From Candidatus Babeliales bacterium (GTDB taxonomy: Bacteria; Babelota; Babeliae; Babelales; JBFXEV01), in NCBI GenBank assembly GCA_050179755.1, contig JBFXEV010000001.1:1129994-1193993 (forward strand): a DNA stretch of 64,000 bases, read 5' to 3'. The notes under the pieces are model-generated. The model was not told the DNA's origin and did no database searches. It saw only the letters and a list, made by a program, of their open reading frames with translations. The translations under genes were made by a program, and so were the position numbers. Shown piece after piece: positions 39,793-49,905 of this stretch (positions within the stretch are counted from its first letter, which is position 1; each line of letters starts with the position of its first letter).

Positions 39793-40016
39793 GGCTCCAC
39801 TCCTGACGGAGTTACGCCTGGCTGTTGCCAATCTTCGGATAAATTAATTTTATCAATAGAATGATTTTCTGGAGAGTGGTGACTGGCAAAGCCTGTTCTT
39901 CGAAGCTCGAAGAGCGAAGTAGAAGCCAGCATCTTTAATGGAGTTATTCAATAAGCTATTTGAAAATTGATTTTTTCGGCCAAGTATGCCCTTCGTAGCT
40001 TCAGCGTAGTAGGGCA
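39790..40016. repeat. Three short palindromic repeats with CGWARC-hairpin-GYGDAG core
   Basis: 39790-39821 (reverse), 39896-39924 and 39987-40016, e.g. GCCCTTCGTAGCTTCAGCGTAGTAGGGC. Confidence 0.6.
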
Positions 40017-40037
40017 CTCTCTATTAGAGGAGAAACG

Positions 40038-40874
40038 ATGAAGAAATATACAATAATTCTCGCGATAAATTTTCTTTTAGTGTCATGTATGGCAACTGCC
40101 CATCAGCTTGATAATGAATATGCAAAGGCCTTTACTGATTTAATAGAATTGGTATATGGCCCAGAATTGCTTTCGCAAGGGGGCACGCAGTCAATAGACT
40201 TACTATTTGAAGGCCAAGAACTTAATGGCAAGAAGGTGCTCGATATAGGATCTGGGCTTGGCGGTGTAGATTTTTATATAGCCAAAAAATTTGCTGTTGA
40301 TGTTACTGGGATTGATTGTGTGCAACGCATGGTAAATGACGCACATAACCGAATAGCAAAGCAGGTATTGCAAGGAGCGGTGCACTTTATGCATCAAGAG
40401 CCAGAAGTAGTAACATATCCCTTTGCAGATAACACATTTGATATAGTATTTTCCAAAGAAGCATTTTTGCACATACCCAATAAAGCTCCTCTCATAAAAG
40501 AAATATATCGCGTATTAAAGCCTGGCGGGCAACTTATTATTCTTGATTGGTTAGTAGATTCACCTAATCTGGGCGCGCTTGTTACTGAAATGATGGTAGT
40601 TGATGGCTTAGATTTTCATATGGCTACTATTGGCGAATATCAAAGTTTTTGCAAACAAGCAGGATTTGCCTTTGAATCTGTCAGTGTTTTAAACGATCTC
40701 TATGCGAAATTTTGCTCAGATAATATTGCTACTATTCAAATTAAACACAAAGAACTTATTGAGTTATTTGGACAAGAGACTTACGAATATTGCTTAAAAA
40801 TCTGGGCGCTTCAAAAAGAAATTTTTGAAAAGGGTGAAGTGCTTGTTACGTTGTTGAAGGCGACTAAGGTTTAA
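40038..40874 (+). CDS. Class I SAM methyltransferase (phosphoethanolamine N-methyltransferase-like) with signal-like N-terminus
   Basis: VYG..LSQGG, VLDIGSGLGG, FDIVFSKEAFLHIPNK, LKPGG. Confidence 0.85.
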   Translation: MKKYTIILAINFLLVSCMATAHQLDNEYAKAFTDLIELVYGPELLSQGGTQSIDLLFEGQELNGKKVLDIGSGLGGVDFYIAKKFAVDVTGIDCVQRMVNDAHNRIAKQVLQGAVHFMHQEPEVVTYPFADNTFDIVFSKEAFLHIPNKAPLIKEIYRVLKPGGQLIILDWLVDSPNLGALVTEMMVVDGLDFHMATIGEYQSFCKQAGFAFESVSVLNDLYAKFCSDNIATIQIKHKELIELFGQETYEYCLKIWALQKEIFEKGEVLVTLLKATKV

Positions 40875-41022
40875 AGTGATTTATTAGTAAATGGTCCAGA
40901 GGGTTTGGTACGTCGCCGCCTTATTCATTTTTGCATGCGGTAAATTCGTCATTTGCGGCGAATTCGGGCAGTCTTTGCTCTTTCCATAGAATGATAAATC
41001 AAGGATTAATTACATTCCCTAG

Positions 41023-41064
41023 CCCTTCGATACAAATCACTTCGTGATTCACTCAGGATGGACG
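41023..41064. repeat. Palindromic REP-like element (copy 2; CGTC-led on the minus strand)
   Basis: CCCTTCGATACAAATCAC-ttc-GTGATTCACTCAGGATGGACG; similar to 6198-6240. Confidence 0.65.
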
Positions 41065-41165
41065 AAGACTGGCTTGCCAGTCATTTGCTCGGCTTGATTA
41101 ATATTTTCTATGATCATATACTTCAACCGCTACCTAGCTTTTAATGATTGGCTTTGGCAAATGAC

Positions 41166-41242
41166 TGGTGCGCCCGACAGGATTTGAACCTGTGGCCTAA
41201 AGATTAGGAATCTTTCGCTCTATCCACCTGAGCTACGGGCGC
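41166..41242 (-). tRNA. tRNA-Arg(CCT)
   Basis: GCGCCCGTAGCTCAGGTGGATAGAGCGAAAGATTCCTAATCTTT...TTCAAATCCTGTCGGGCGCACCA. Confidence 0.95.
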
Positions 41243-41326
41243 GTATACTAAGTAATGATATTAAGAATACTGTATTCTTAAGCAATTTTCTAATTTAGTA
41301 GCATTTTACATTATTATAGCCAAGCC

Positions 41327-42523
41327 ATGCAAAAAAGAACACATATTATTATCGGCGCATCTGCAGCAGGCATGGGCGTACTCAATCAACTGCGTACGCT
41401 TGATCCAGAAAGTAACATAGTATGTATTGCAAGAGATACGGCATGGCCTTATAATACGTGCTTTTTGGCTGATTATCTTTCAGGCACTAAGCAGCATGAG
41501 CAACTTGCCTTAAAGCCTCAAGAATTTTTTGAGAAAAATAGTATAAAGTTAATGCTTGGCAAAGAAGTAATTTCAATTGATAGAGTAAAGCGCACCATAA
41601 CACTTAGTGATTCAACAACGTATACCTATGATACGTTATTTTTAGGAACGGGTGTTAGCCCACGTACATTGACTCTTGAAGGTGCTGATACTAGTGATGC
41701 TCTCTTTTATTTTCATACGCATGATGATGCCATTAAAATTAAAGAATTCATTTTAAACAAGCCCGTGAAGCGGGCTGTGGTTATTGGTGCAGGATTATCG
41801 GGCCTGGAAGTGGCTGATTCTTTGAACAAGAATGGAATTGCGGTTACCATAGTTGAACAATCACTTCAAGTTTTGCAGCATCACGCCGATCGGGCAAGCA
41901 TGAAATTATTGAAAGAGTTGGCCTTGTCGCATAATACAACGATTATGGTAAATAATGCTGCGCGTGCATTAGTAACTCAAAATGATAAGCTTGTGGGCCT
42001 TGATTTAGTATCGGGTGAGCGTATTGACACATCAATAATTGTGATAGCAATTGGTGCGCTTGCTAATAGCGCACTAGCGCGTGATGCGGGCCTTGCAATA
42101 GAATATGATGCAATTGTGGTAAATGATGTTATGCAAACAAGTGATCCTGCTATTTTTGCTGGTGGTGACGTATGCCTTGTGCGTGAGCGCGTAAGCAACC
42201 GGCTTATGCGTAATGGCGCCTGGCCTGATGCTATGCATCAAGGGCTCATTGCAGCACATTCAATGGCGGGAGTGCCAAAATCATATCCTGGCGCAGTTAA
42301 CATAATAAGCTCCGCATTCTTTGGGGTGCATTTTTTTTCATGTGGGCCAGTGATGGCAGATGATCATGGCTATAAAATAAAAATTATGCAGGGTGATGGA
42401 TTTTATCACAAATTTTTGTTTGAAGGTGACATATTAAAAGGCTTTTTGCTTGTTGGCAATACTCAAAAAGCAGCTGAGTATCGTAAGTTTTATCTTGCAC
42501 AAGTGCCTTTCCCGTTCTTTTAG
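41327..42523 (+). CDS. FAD-dependent pyridine nucleotide-disulfide oxidoreductase (NADH:rubredoxin reductase-like)
   Basis: IIGASAAG, YDTLFLGTG, VIGAGLSGLE, TSDPAIFAGGD. Confidence 0.88.
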   Translation: MQKRTHIIIGASAAGMGVLNQLRTLDPESNIVCIARDTAWPYNTCFLADYLSGTKQHEQLALKPQEFFEKNSIKLMLGKEVISIDRVKRTITLSDSTTYTYDTLFLGTGVSPRTLTLEGADTSDALFYFHTHDDAIKIKEFILNKPVKRAVVIGAGLSGLEVADSLNKNGIAVTIVEQSLQVLQHHADRASMKLLKELALSHNTTIMVNNAARALVTQNDKLVGLDLVSGERIDTSIIVIAIGALANSALARDAGLAIEYDAIVVNDVMQTSDPAIFAGGDVCLVRERVSNRLMRNGAWPDAMHQGLIAAHSMAGVPKSYPGAVNIISSAFFGVHFFSCGPVMADDHGYKIKIMQGDGFYHKFLFEGDILKGFLLVGNTQKAAEYRKFYLAQVPFPFF

Positions 42524-42533
42524 CGTGAATAGA

Positions 42534-42995
42534 TTATCGTCTGATGTATTCGCCAGTCCAATATAAATTTTCTTCGGGCAAAGTTGTAGTTATTTCTATT
42601 TTGGCATCGCGAATAGTAATTTTTGCATTTTGGGCAATTTCGCTAAATAGTTTATTTGAGGGTGAGTGAAAGTCAGTCAAGAGATAGGTTATTCCTTTTG
42701 GTTGTTCCTCGTCTGCATGTTCATGCACCGAAAGCTGTTGAGAAGCTTGAGCGCCTAGAATTGAAAATCCAAAAATGGCATCACCTGGATTTTTACTGGT
42801 GATAGAAGCCTTATCTGGTGTATAGACCCAATCACTCCAATATAGTTCATTGGTTTTTTGATCACGAAAGCGCATGCGTACGTTGATATGTTCACGGCTA
42901 TCGTTTGCTAGATTCACTGTAATTGCCAGAATATTGCAGGAAGCAAGCAGGCTTACTGCACAAAATAGAGAGGCGCATATGGTTTTCATATTCAT
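42534..42995 (-). CDS. Hypothetical secreted protein
   Basis: AAGGA RBS, signal peptide. Confidence 0.65.
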   Translation of the reverse strand: MNMKTICASLFCAVSLLASCNILAITVNLANDSREHINVRMRFRDQKTNELYWSDWVYTPDKASITSKNPGDAIFGFSILGAQASQQLSVHEHADEEQPKGITYLLTDFHSPSNKLFSEIAQNAKITIRDAKIEITTTLPEENLYWTGEYIRR

Positions 42996-43197
42996 GTCCT
43001 TTATAATAATTTTCCATTCATTCTAAGTGTAATAAATTCTAGGTGTTTTCTACAAGAGTACAGGTTTGGATCTCTGGAGGTTAAGAACTGCTTATAGTAA
43101 AAAATATGTCTATTTGGCATGGAAAATTGCCTGAACCCTTAAAATAGGCTATACTAGAGATATTACAGTAGAATATCCCTAATGGAGGTTAAATTAC

Positions 43198-44019
43198 ATG
43201 AATAGATCATTATTTGGGCAAATTGCCATAATCTTAAGTCTTTTGATAGTCTTTATTCCTGTTTCAGTTAAAAGCATGGATCAGCAAGGCGACTTGCAGG
43301 CCAGCTCTTCGTTAGTAAGTAAGCTTGCCGTGGTAACGCTTGTTCCTACAGCAGGATTTATGTATGTGATGCGTAGGCACTATAATGAATTACACGTACT
43401 TGAACGAAGTCTTGATCTTTCAACTATTGCAGCAAATGCCCGTGAAGGTAATTTCCGCTTTGCAACATGGCGGTCAACGCAAGATAATTGTATCGATGGA
43501 AAATGCTGGGCAACAGCGAGTGATGTTTGGCAAGACGGTAGAAATATAGCAGCTGTGCTTATGCGTGATGTAAAATATTTTGCTGATCGAGTATTTGTAT
43601 ATGACGCATTGAATTTGCGCCTTGATAATGCCAAAATTGAAAAACACGATTTACAAGCGGCAATAGCTCGAGAAAAGCAGTTGTTTGAAACTCAATTGAA
43701 CTTGGTCAGTCACTATACGAATGCTCCTTATCGTATTGTTGCTGCGCTTGCTCCAAATGATACACGATGTCTTACTCCTTCTGAACTTGCAATTAATTGC
43801 GCGTTAAAGTTAAAAGAAAGTGACGATGTTATCAATCAAGTTGAAAATGACTTAAAGCAGGAAGCAAGCTTTGTAAAAGAACTTATATATTTTGGCGGTT
43901 GGTTGCCAACTTCTTGGTCCATTGCGCCTTGTTCTCAAAAGGCATCGCGTTTATACATAAAATTATTTAGAGCGTACGCTCGTCTATGCGCACTCGAAGC
44001 AGCATTAAATCAAGAATAA
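43198..44019 (+). CDS. Hypothetical secreted/membrane protein
   Basis: GGAGG RBS, signal peptide ...VKS/MDQ, TM segment. Confidence 0.7.
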   Translation: MNRSLFGQIAIILSLLIVFIPVSVKSMDQQGDLQASSSLVSKLAVVTLVPTAGFMYVMRRHYNELHVLERSLDLSTIAANAREGNFRFATWRSTQDNCIDGKCWATASDVWQDGRNIAAVLMRDVKYFADRVFVYDALNLRLDNAKIEKHDLQAAIAREKQLFETQLNLVSHYTNAPYRIVAALAPNDTRCLTPSELAINCALKLKESDDVINQVENDLKQEASFVKELIYFGGWLPTSWSIAPCSQKASRLYIKLFRAYARLCALEAALNQE

Positions 44020-44040
44020 TATTGCATTATTAAAACTGTT

Positions 44041-44078
44041 AAAAATACCGCAACCTAACCAGTTGCGGTATTTTTTTT
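44041..44078. terminator. Bidirectional intrinsic terminator
   Basis: AAAAATACCGCAAC-ctaacca-GTTGCGGTATTTTT between convergent genes. Confidence 0.8.
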
Positions 44079-44080
44079 GT

Positions 44081-45322
44081 TTAATCGCTCCATAAAGAAG
44101 ACATTTTTAAGATTTTAAAATTTGGTATTGTTTGTACCATTTTCTCTTGCGCATTGAGCCGTTTAAGTGGCATATTCTTAAAAAGCGCTGTGGCAAGTTG
44201 ATCATATGTAGAAATACCTTCAAATAATTTTGAGAGTGAAATTTCTTGAATTTTGCCAAAACCATGATCGTAACCGCGAGCTTCTATGGCAGTTTGGTAT
44301 GTGGTATCAGAAACAATAAGAACATGTCCGGAAAACCATATAAGATCACCAGGTTCAATGATTTCGCCTTGTTTGAGTGGCTGTAAATTGCGTGCTAGCG
44401 TGGTTGTATTTTTAAAGTAATAGGGCATTCCTGCAAGTTGAGCGGCGCGTGCAATAAGTCCTGCGCAATCAAAGCCTGCAAATGGTTGACCCAAATAATT
44501 AGGCCATTCATAATATTCACTTATGCCCGAAGGAATTTTGCGCGTAGCGAGATTAAATGTAGTGTCAGAGCACTCGCCGGCAAAGCTGCAGCCACCCCAA
44601 GCATATGGTATAAATCCATTATGCAATTGCGCCCATTCACGCAGTATTGAAATAAAGAGCTCCTGCTGTTCACGCGGTGTTTTTGGTGGATTTGCAATTA
44701 TATCTTTTTGAGGTATGCCAATAATCACAACGTTCATTGTTTTAGGTTGTAAAGCATAGACGGCTATTTGATTTTTATGCACTCGTGTTGTTGGTGCTTG
44801 GACAAAGCGGGTTCCTGCCGAATAGGTGCGTTGCGTTATAGGATCAAAATAGGGATGTTTTAAGGAAATAATATCTTGGTTTTGTTTTGATTGTCCAATA
44901 AACGAAAGCGGCTTTGGAATGGTTGAGATATCTATACCTTTATTTTTGAGCGCAGCTAGCGGCATAATATTGCGCTTATGCGTCCAGTAACCAATGTGTT
45001 GTGTGTTGTCTCGTGGTGTTTGAAAAAAAAGATGTGAAATTTCAATCCGTACTTCATCTTCATATGCTTCTACAATGGTTACTTGTTCATTATAAAGAAG
45101 TTGCAATAAGCGGGCGCAGCCATAGTGGCCAGATTTTGCACAAAGAGGTATGCTTTGATAATGGTTTATGCTATTTTTTATGTTATATTCTTTGCAAAAT
45201 GAGAAGCCGATTAAGTCGACAACTGGTTGTACAATAACTGCTTGTTGATACGAGAAGAGCGAGTGATCGCTGCAGCATATGAGCATAAGCCAGAGTAGCA
45301 AGCTCAATTGATTTCTGCGCAT
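44081..45322 (-). CDS. NlpC/P60 family cell-wall peptidase
   Basis: PYAWGG, GFDCAGL, PGDLIWFSGHV; SH3b-like QLLYNEQV region. Confidence 0.82.
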   Translation of the reverse strand: MRRNQLSLLLWLMLICCSDHSLFSYQQAVIVQPVVDLIGFSFCKEYNIKNSINHYQSIPLCAKSGHYGCARLLQLLYNEQVTIVEAYEDEVRIEISHLFFQTPRDNTQHIGYWTHKRNIMPLAALKNKGIDISTIPKPLSFIGQSKQNQDIISLKHPYFDPITQRTYSAGTRFVQAPTTRVHKNQIAVYALQPKTMNVVIIGIPQKDIIANPPKTPREQQELFISILREWAQLHNGFIPYAWGGCSFAGECSDTTFNLATRKIPSGISEYYEWPNYLGQPFAGFDCAGLIARAAQLAGMPYYFKNTTTLARNLQPLKQGEIIEPGDLIWFSGHVLIVSDTTYQTAIEARGYDHGFGKIQEISLSKLFEGISTYDQLATALFKNMPLKRLNAQEKMVQTIPNFKILKMSSLWSD

Positions 45323-45497
45323 GTTCCTCTCCTTGTTACGTATTTAAACTTCATGTTATTCTTCAACTTTAGCATGCCATAACTTTAACACAAATAGCAA
45401 TAAACCACCTCGCAGTGGTGCGTGAGCTAGTTGTTTTTGGAGAACGGTTGAGATAAAATTGATTTTTGCGGTATGCTAAGAGAAGGAAGGAAAGAGT

Positions 45498-46514
45498 ATG
45501 AAGATTGTCATAATGAGTAGTGTAGTGCTTTATTTTATGTGCGCACCCATGAATGCGTGGGTATGGACGTATAAAAAGTATTTTAATGAGGAAGATGCGT
45601 TGCGCAATAGCTCGCGTACGTCGCTCTTTTTTTCCAAATGTGACATACCTGAATTTACCCAATTTATTTTTTCGTGGAATGCAAAACGGCCATTAAAAGG
45701 AGATTTTTCTTTTTACGGACAAGTGCGTGATGCAAAAACAAAAAAGTGGCACGATTGGCACAAAATGATTGAATGGGGTTCAAGCAAACAATGTTCATAT
45801 GCAAGTAAGCATGTAAGTGGCAGTTCACATCATCATGTACGTCTTGAGCTACCGTTGCATGCTCCTGCCGATGCTGTACGGGTAGGCGTGCATGCACATA
45901 ATGGCGCAGATCTTTCTTGTATTCGAGCACTTTTTGCAACCACTGCCCATTTGGGCAATTTTGAGCCTGAGCGTGTAGCCGCTCTAAAGCAATTGCCTTC
46001 GGTAAAAGTTGAGAAGGTTCCTACGTTTTCGCAAAAATCACTAGAGCATGAGGATAAAGATTCACTGTGTTCACCTACATCCACTACCATGCTTGCAGGT
46101 TTTTTATCTGGTAGCCACATTGATCCGACCATCTTTGCCAAAAAAGCATATGATCATGGTCTTCAAGCATACGGTAGTTGGCCTTTTAATACAGCACATG
46201 CGTATGAACTTGCCGATGGAAAAACCTGGTTTCACGTAGCCCGATTGCCTTCATTTAAAGCATTACATGCAAAGTTAACGCAAGATATTCCGGTGGTGGT
46301 GAGTGTGCGCGGACCGTTAAAAGGTGCACCTAAAGACTATCCTAAGGGGCATTTGCTTATTGTGGTAGGTTGGGATCAAAAGCGTAATAAAGTATTATGT
46401 CATGATCCTGCAATTGAAGGCCATCGTAATACGCCTATTGCTTATGATGCAAAATCATTTATTGCAGCATGGGAATCTTCGCGCAGATTGGCATATGTTG
46501 CAGAACCTGCATAA
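45498..46514 (+). CDS. C39-like cysteine peptidase
   Basis: FSQ...LCSPTSTTM, YGSWPFNTA, GHLLIVVG, HDPA. Confidence 0.8.
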   Translation: MKIVIMSSVVLYFMCAPMNAWVWTYKKYFNEEDALRNSSRTSLFFSKCDIPEFTQFIFSWNAKRPLKGDFSFYGQVRDAKTKKWHDWHKMIEWGSSKQCSYASKHVSGSSHHHVRLELPLHAPADAVRVGVHAHNGADLSCIRALFATTAHLGNFEPERVAALKQLPSVKVEKVPTFSQKSLEHEDKDSLCSPTSTTMLAGFLSGSHIDPTIFAKKAYDHGLQAYGSWPFNTAHAYELADGKTWFHVARLPSFKALHAKLTQDIPVVVSVRGPLKGAPKDYPKGHLLIVVGWDQKRNKVLCHDPAIEGHRNTPIAYDAKSFIAAWESSRRLAYVAEPA

Positions 46515-46678
46515 ATTAGCTCCTTATTAATTCCTATCTCAATTAATAAACGTACTGGCCTTCACTTTAGATAGACTGCTTAAATAAATATTGACTATTT
46601 GAAAATGATTATTGTAATCTGTTAGTAACGAAGAAGAGAGAAGCAGCACGTCACGGACATACTAATGGGGGAGGTATC

Positions 46679-47830
46679 ATGTCTCAAGCTACAATCAAAT
46701 TCATAGTAGGGTTAGTACCATTTTTGATGGTAGCTTCAAGTATCACGGCAGCTTCAACTACGGCACGTAACGCTATGACTAAATGTTTTCACCATCGCGG
46801 CACGTTAAGTGATAAAGTGGTTTGTTATTTTAATGAAGATCCAATTTGTACAGCGCATCCGCGTTTAAACGATAAAAATCAAGCCCAAGAAAAATTAGTT
46901 CGTTTTTTTATACCACTTACCGATTTTGCAACTACTGAGGTTAAAGATCATGCAAGTCATGTAGCAGAACGCAACGACAAAGGGTATCAGATGCGATTTG
47001 AGCAAGTTGATAAGCCCATGCGCGGGATTCAGTTAGAAATTGCTTATGATCCAAGTAAAATTGAATTTTGTTACGCGCGTAGTGATGCTATTCATACACA
47101 TAAAGCATTAGTCTTTACGTTTCATAATAAATCAATGGTGCATGAAATTCAGCGTAAAAGTGAGGGCATTTCAAAGCTTGCTATGCATAAAGTAAAACAG
47201 CCAACCGTGGTCATTGATTGTGGCCATGGAGGGTCTGATGTTGGCAAAGTGGGTTTATATAATACCTGTGAAAAAGATATTAACTTGAGCGTAGGCTTTC
47301 AAGTTGCAGATGGTTTAAAAAAAAAAGGGTATCGAGTTCTGTGTACACGCACTGCTGATACGTTTGTAGCGCTTGATGAACGAACAACCTATGCAAATGC
47401 AGAACAAGCTGATTTATTTGTATCAATTCATTCAAATGGTTCATCTAATCGATCTGTAGAAGGGATTGAAACATATTGGTCGCCTTATTCTCTTTTAAAG
47501 CAAGAACCGAAAGGTAGTGACATTCTAGATCCACGGTTTAAAGAGCTTGCGCTTCAAAAAGATGCGGTGAGCAAAATACTTGCTCAGGAATTACATCGTC
47601 AAGTGCTTGAAGTTGCACAAAAAAAATACAAAGTTAAAGACCGTACTGTCAAAGAAGCGGTATCTCAGGTGCTTATTGGCACTGATATGCCAGCGGCTTT
47701 GATTGAATTGGGTTTTTTATCCAATGACACTGAGGCCAAGCAACTTGCAAATAAACAGTATCATAAGCAAATAGCTCAAGGAATTTGCACGGGAATTGAG
47801 CATTGTCTCAATCATCTGCAGGGTGCCTAA
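46679..47830 (+). CDS. N-acetylmuramoyl-L-alanine amidase (Amidase_3)
   Basis: VVIDCGHGG, EKDINL, FVSIHSN, PAALIELGFLSN. Confidence 0.9.
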   Translation: MSQATIKFIVGLVPFLMVASSITAASTTARNAMTKCFHHRGTLSDKVVCYFNEDPICTAHPRLNDKNQAQEKLVRFFIPLTDFATTEVKDHASHVAERNDKGYQMRFEQVDKPMRGIQLEIAYDPSKIEFCYARSDAIHTHKALVFTFHNKSMVHEIQRKSEGISKLAMHKVKQPTVVIDCGHGGSDVGKVGLYNTCEKDINLSVGFQVADGLKKKGYRVLCTRTADTFVALDERTTYANAEQADLFVSIHSNGSSNRSVEGIETYWSPYSLLKQEPKGSDILDPRFKELALQKDAVSKILAQELHRQVLEVAQKKYKVKDRTVKEAVSQVLIGTDMPAALIELGFLSNDTEAKQLANKQYHKQIAQGICTGIEHCLNHLQGA

Positions 47831-47933
47831 ATATATTTACATAAAACTCTTTTGAAAACTGTTCTGTTCTGTTACAGTAATAATGCATATGTAATTATTT
47901 TATCTTACAAATTGTTATAGGTTTTAATTAATC

Positions 47934-49325
47934 GTGATAAAGGCTATCTGGGAGCAATTTCTTACTATTGCTCGTGAAGAAGCTGGTAGCCGTGTTGTTG
48001 ATACATGGTTAAAAGCTATTTCGCTTGAGCATTGGGATCCTATTGAGCATGTGGTATATGTGCAGGCTCCTAATAAATTTGTAAAAGATTGGGTATCCAG
48101 TCATTATCATGCTTTGCTTTCATATCATCTACCACGGTTATTTAATGTACCATCGGTTAAAATTACGTATACCGATGCAAGCCAGCAGCCTGTCATTACT
48201 GATGATGTAAAAGTTACTTCAATTATTCCAGCGCAACGTGTGCAGATTAATAATCAAGAAACTCAACCTACACCACTTGTCACGCGCATTGCAAGCAAAC
48301 GTGGCTCGCGCATAAATAGTAATTATCGTTTTGAAACGTATGTGGTCGGCCCTAGTAATTCGCTAGCATATTCTGCAGCTCATGCAATCACTGAAAAATT
48401 AGGAACTCTTTATAATCCCTTATTTATTTATGGTGGATCAGGACTTGGCAAAACGCATTTAATGCATGCTATTGGCAATGAAATTAAAGAAAAGCACGGT
48501 CATTTGCACATGGTGTATCAATCGGCCGATAGGTTTGTAAGCGAATTTATTAATGCAATTCGATTTGATAAGATGCATCAGTTTCAAATTAAATATAAAA
48601 CTGCAGATGTGTTGTTTATTGATGATATACAGTTTATGTCTAATAAAGAGCAAACACAAGAAGCTTTTTTTCATATATTTAATGCTCTTCATGATGCTCA
48701 AAAACAAATAGTATTTTCCTCTGATACGTATCCTGCTGATATTCATGGCCTTGCGCAACGTTTAAGCTCACGGCTTGAATGGGGATTGGTGACTGACGTG
48801 CAACATCCTAGTTTAGAAACAAAAGTTGCTATCGTTCAACGGAAGGCTGAACTGCATAGTCATCAAATTTCAGATGAAGTTGCACATTTTATTGCATCAC
48901 GAGTGCATTCAAATATTCGTGAACTTGAAGGAGCGCTTATTCGTGTTACTGCATTTGCATCACTTACTAAACAACCGGTTACTCTAGAACTTGCTCGTAA
49001 AGTTCTTGCACGCATTTCAAGCTCAGAAGCTCCGGCTCCCGTAGATTTTGATCGTGTAATGCACCGCATTAAAGAGCGCTATCGCTATTCACTCCAGGAC
49101 TTACGCTCGCAAGATCGCACTAAACAATTATCTTTAGTGCGTCAAATTGCTATGTATTTAATGAAGCGTATGACCGATAAATCACTTCAAGAAATTGGTT
49201 CATTTCTTGGCAGAAAAGATCATACAACGGTTAAGTATGCCATTCAAAAGATTGATGAAATGTGTACAAGTGATCCTGCCTTTGGGCGCCAAGTAAAGGC
49301 TTTAGAACAAGAAATTTCACGCTAA
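47934..49325 (+). CDS. dnaA: Chromosomal replication initiator DnaA
   Basis: YNPLFIYGGSGLGKTHL, IDDIQF, QEAFFHIFN, SRLEWG, NIRELEGAL, KDHTTV. Confidence 0.97.
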   Translation: MIKAIWEQFLTIAREEAGSRVVDTWLKAISLEHWDPIEHVVYVQAPNKFVKDWVSSHYHALLSYHLPRLFNVPSVKITYTDASQQPVITDDVKVTSIIPAQRVQINNQETQPTPLVTRIASKRGSRINSNYRFETYVVGPSNSLAYSAAHAITEKLGTLYNPLFIYGGSGLGKTHLMHAIGNEIKEKHGHLHMVYQSADRFVSEFINAIRFDKMHQFQIKYKTADVLFIDDIQFMSNKEQTQEAFFHIFNALHDAQKQIVFSSDTYPADIHGLAQRLSSRLEWGLVTDVQHPSLETKVAIVQRKAELHSHQISDEVAHFIASRVHSNIRELEGALIRVTAFASLTKQPVTLELARKVLARISSSEAPAPVDFDRVMHRIKERYRYSLQDLRSQDRTKQLSLVRQIAMYLMKRMTDKSLQEIGSFLGRKDHTTVKYAIQKIDEMCTSDPAFGRQVKALEQEISR

Positions 49326-49339
49326 CAAAAGGAGAAGCT

Positions 49340-49885
49340 ATGAAACGGATTATGGTGTGTTGGATGTTGTTTGCGGGTACATTGTGCGCTCAAGAAATGC
49401 AATCAATAAAAAAAGTACTTGATGCCACTGAGGATATTGAGTTTAGCACATTTTGTGAATTTATTGGTGTGCCTGTTGAGCAAAGAGCTGAATTTGCAGC
49501 ACATTATGAAACGCAATCAAAAAAAATTAAACGCGTGCGCTCAAGTGCAACCCGCCAAGCGCGCACGCAAGAATTACGTGATAAAGGGCGCAGTGCGTTA
49601 CAAGTGGAAGAGCCGCAATTATATGCAGAATTTAAAGCATGTGAAGAGGGCGTTTCAATATGTATGAGTCCACGTGCCTGCGTTGCGCAAAATGCCCGTT
49701 TATTTTTAACACGCTATGGGGCTTGGCATGAATTTAAAAAGATGCATGCGCAATCACAAATAAGTATGTGGGCAAAGGTTAAAGATTTTGCAAGAAACGG
49801 CAAACAGCGTATAGCTCATTTGTTTGGAGCTCAAGAAGAAGTAAAAGTTGCTCTCAATGAAAGCGCTGAGGGGAAAAAGTCTTAA
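49340..49885 (+). CDS. Hypothetical secreted protein
   Basis: AAGGAG RBS, short signal peptide. Confidence 0.7.
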   Translation: MKRIMVCWMLFAGTLCAQEMQSIKKVLDATEDIEFSTFCEFIGVPVEQRAEFAAHYETQSKKIKRVRSSATRQARTQELRDKGRSALQVEEPQLYAEFKACEEGVSICMSPRACVAQNARLFLTRYGAWHEFKKMHAQSQISMWAKVKDFARNGKQRIAHLFGAQEEVKVALNESAEGKKS

Positions 49886-49905
49886 GCACATAAGGGAGAA
49901 AAAGT

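Noticed and set aside
39660..39932. 90-aa ORF (GAPGRSRTYN)
   Set aside because: Antisense translation of tRNA-Arg and adjacent palindromes.
47831..47933. oriC upstream of dnaA
   Set aside because: AT-rich but short, and no recognisable DnaA-box cluster.
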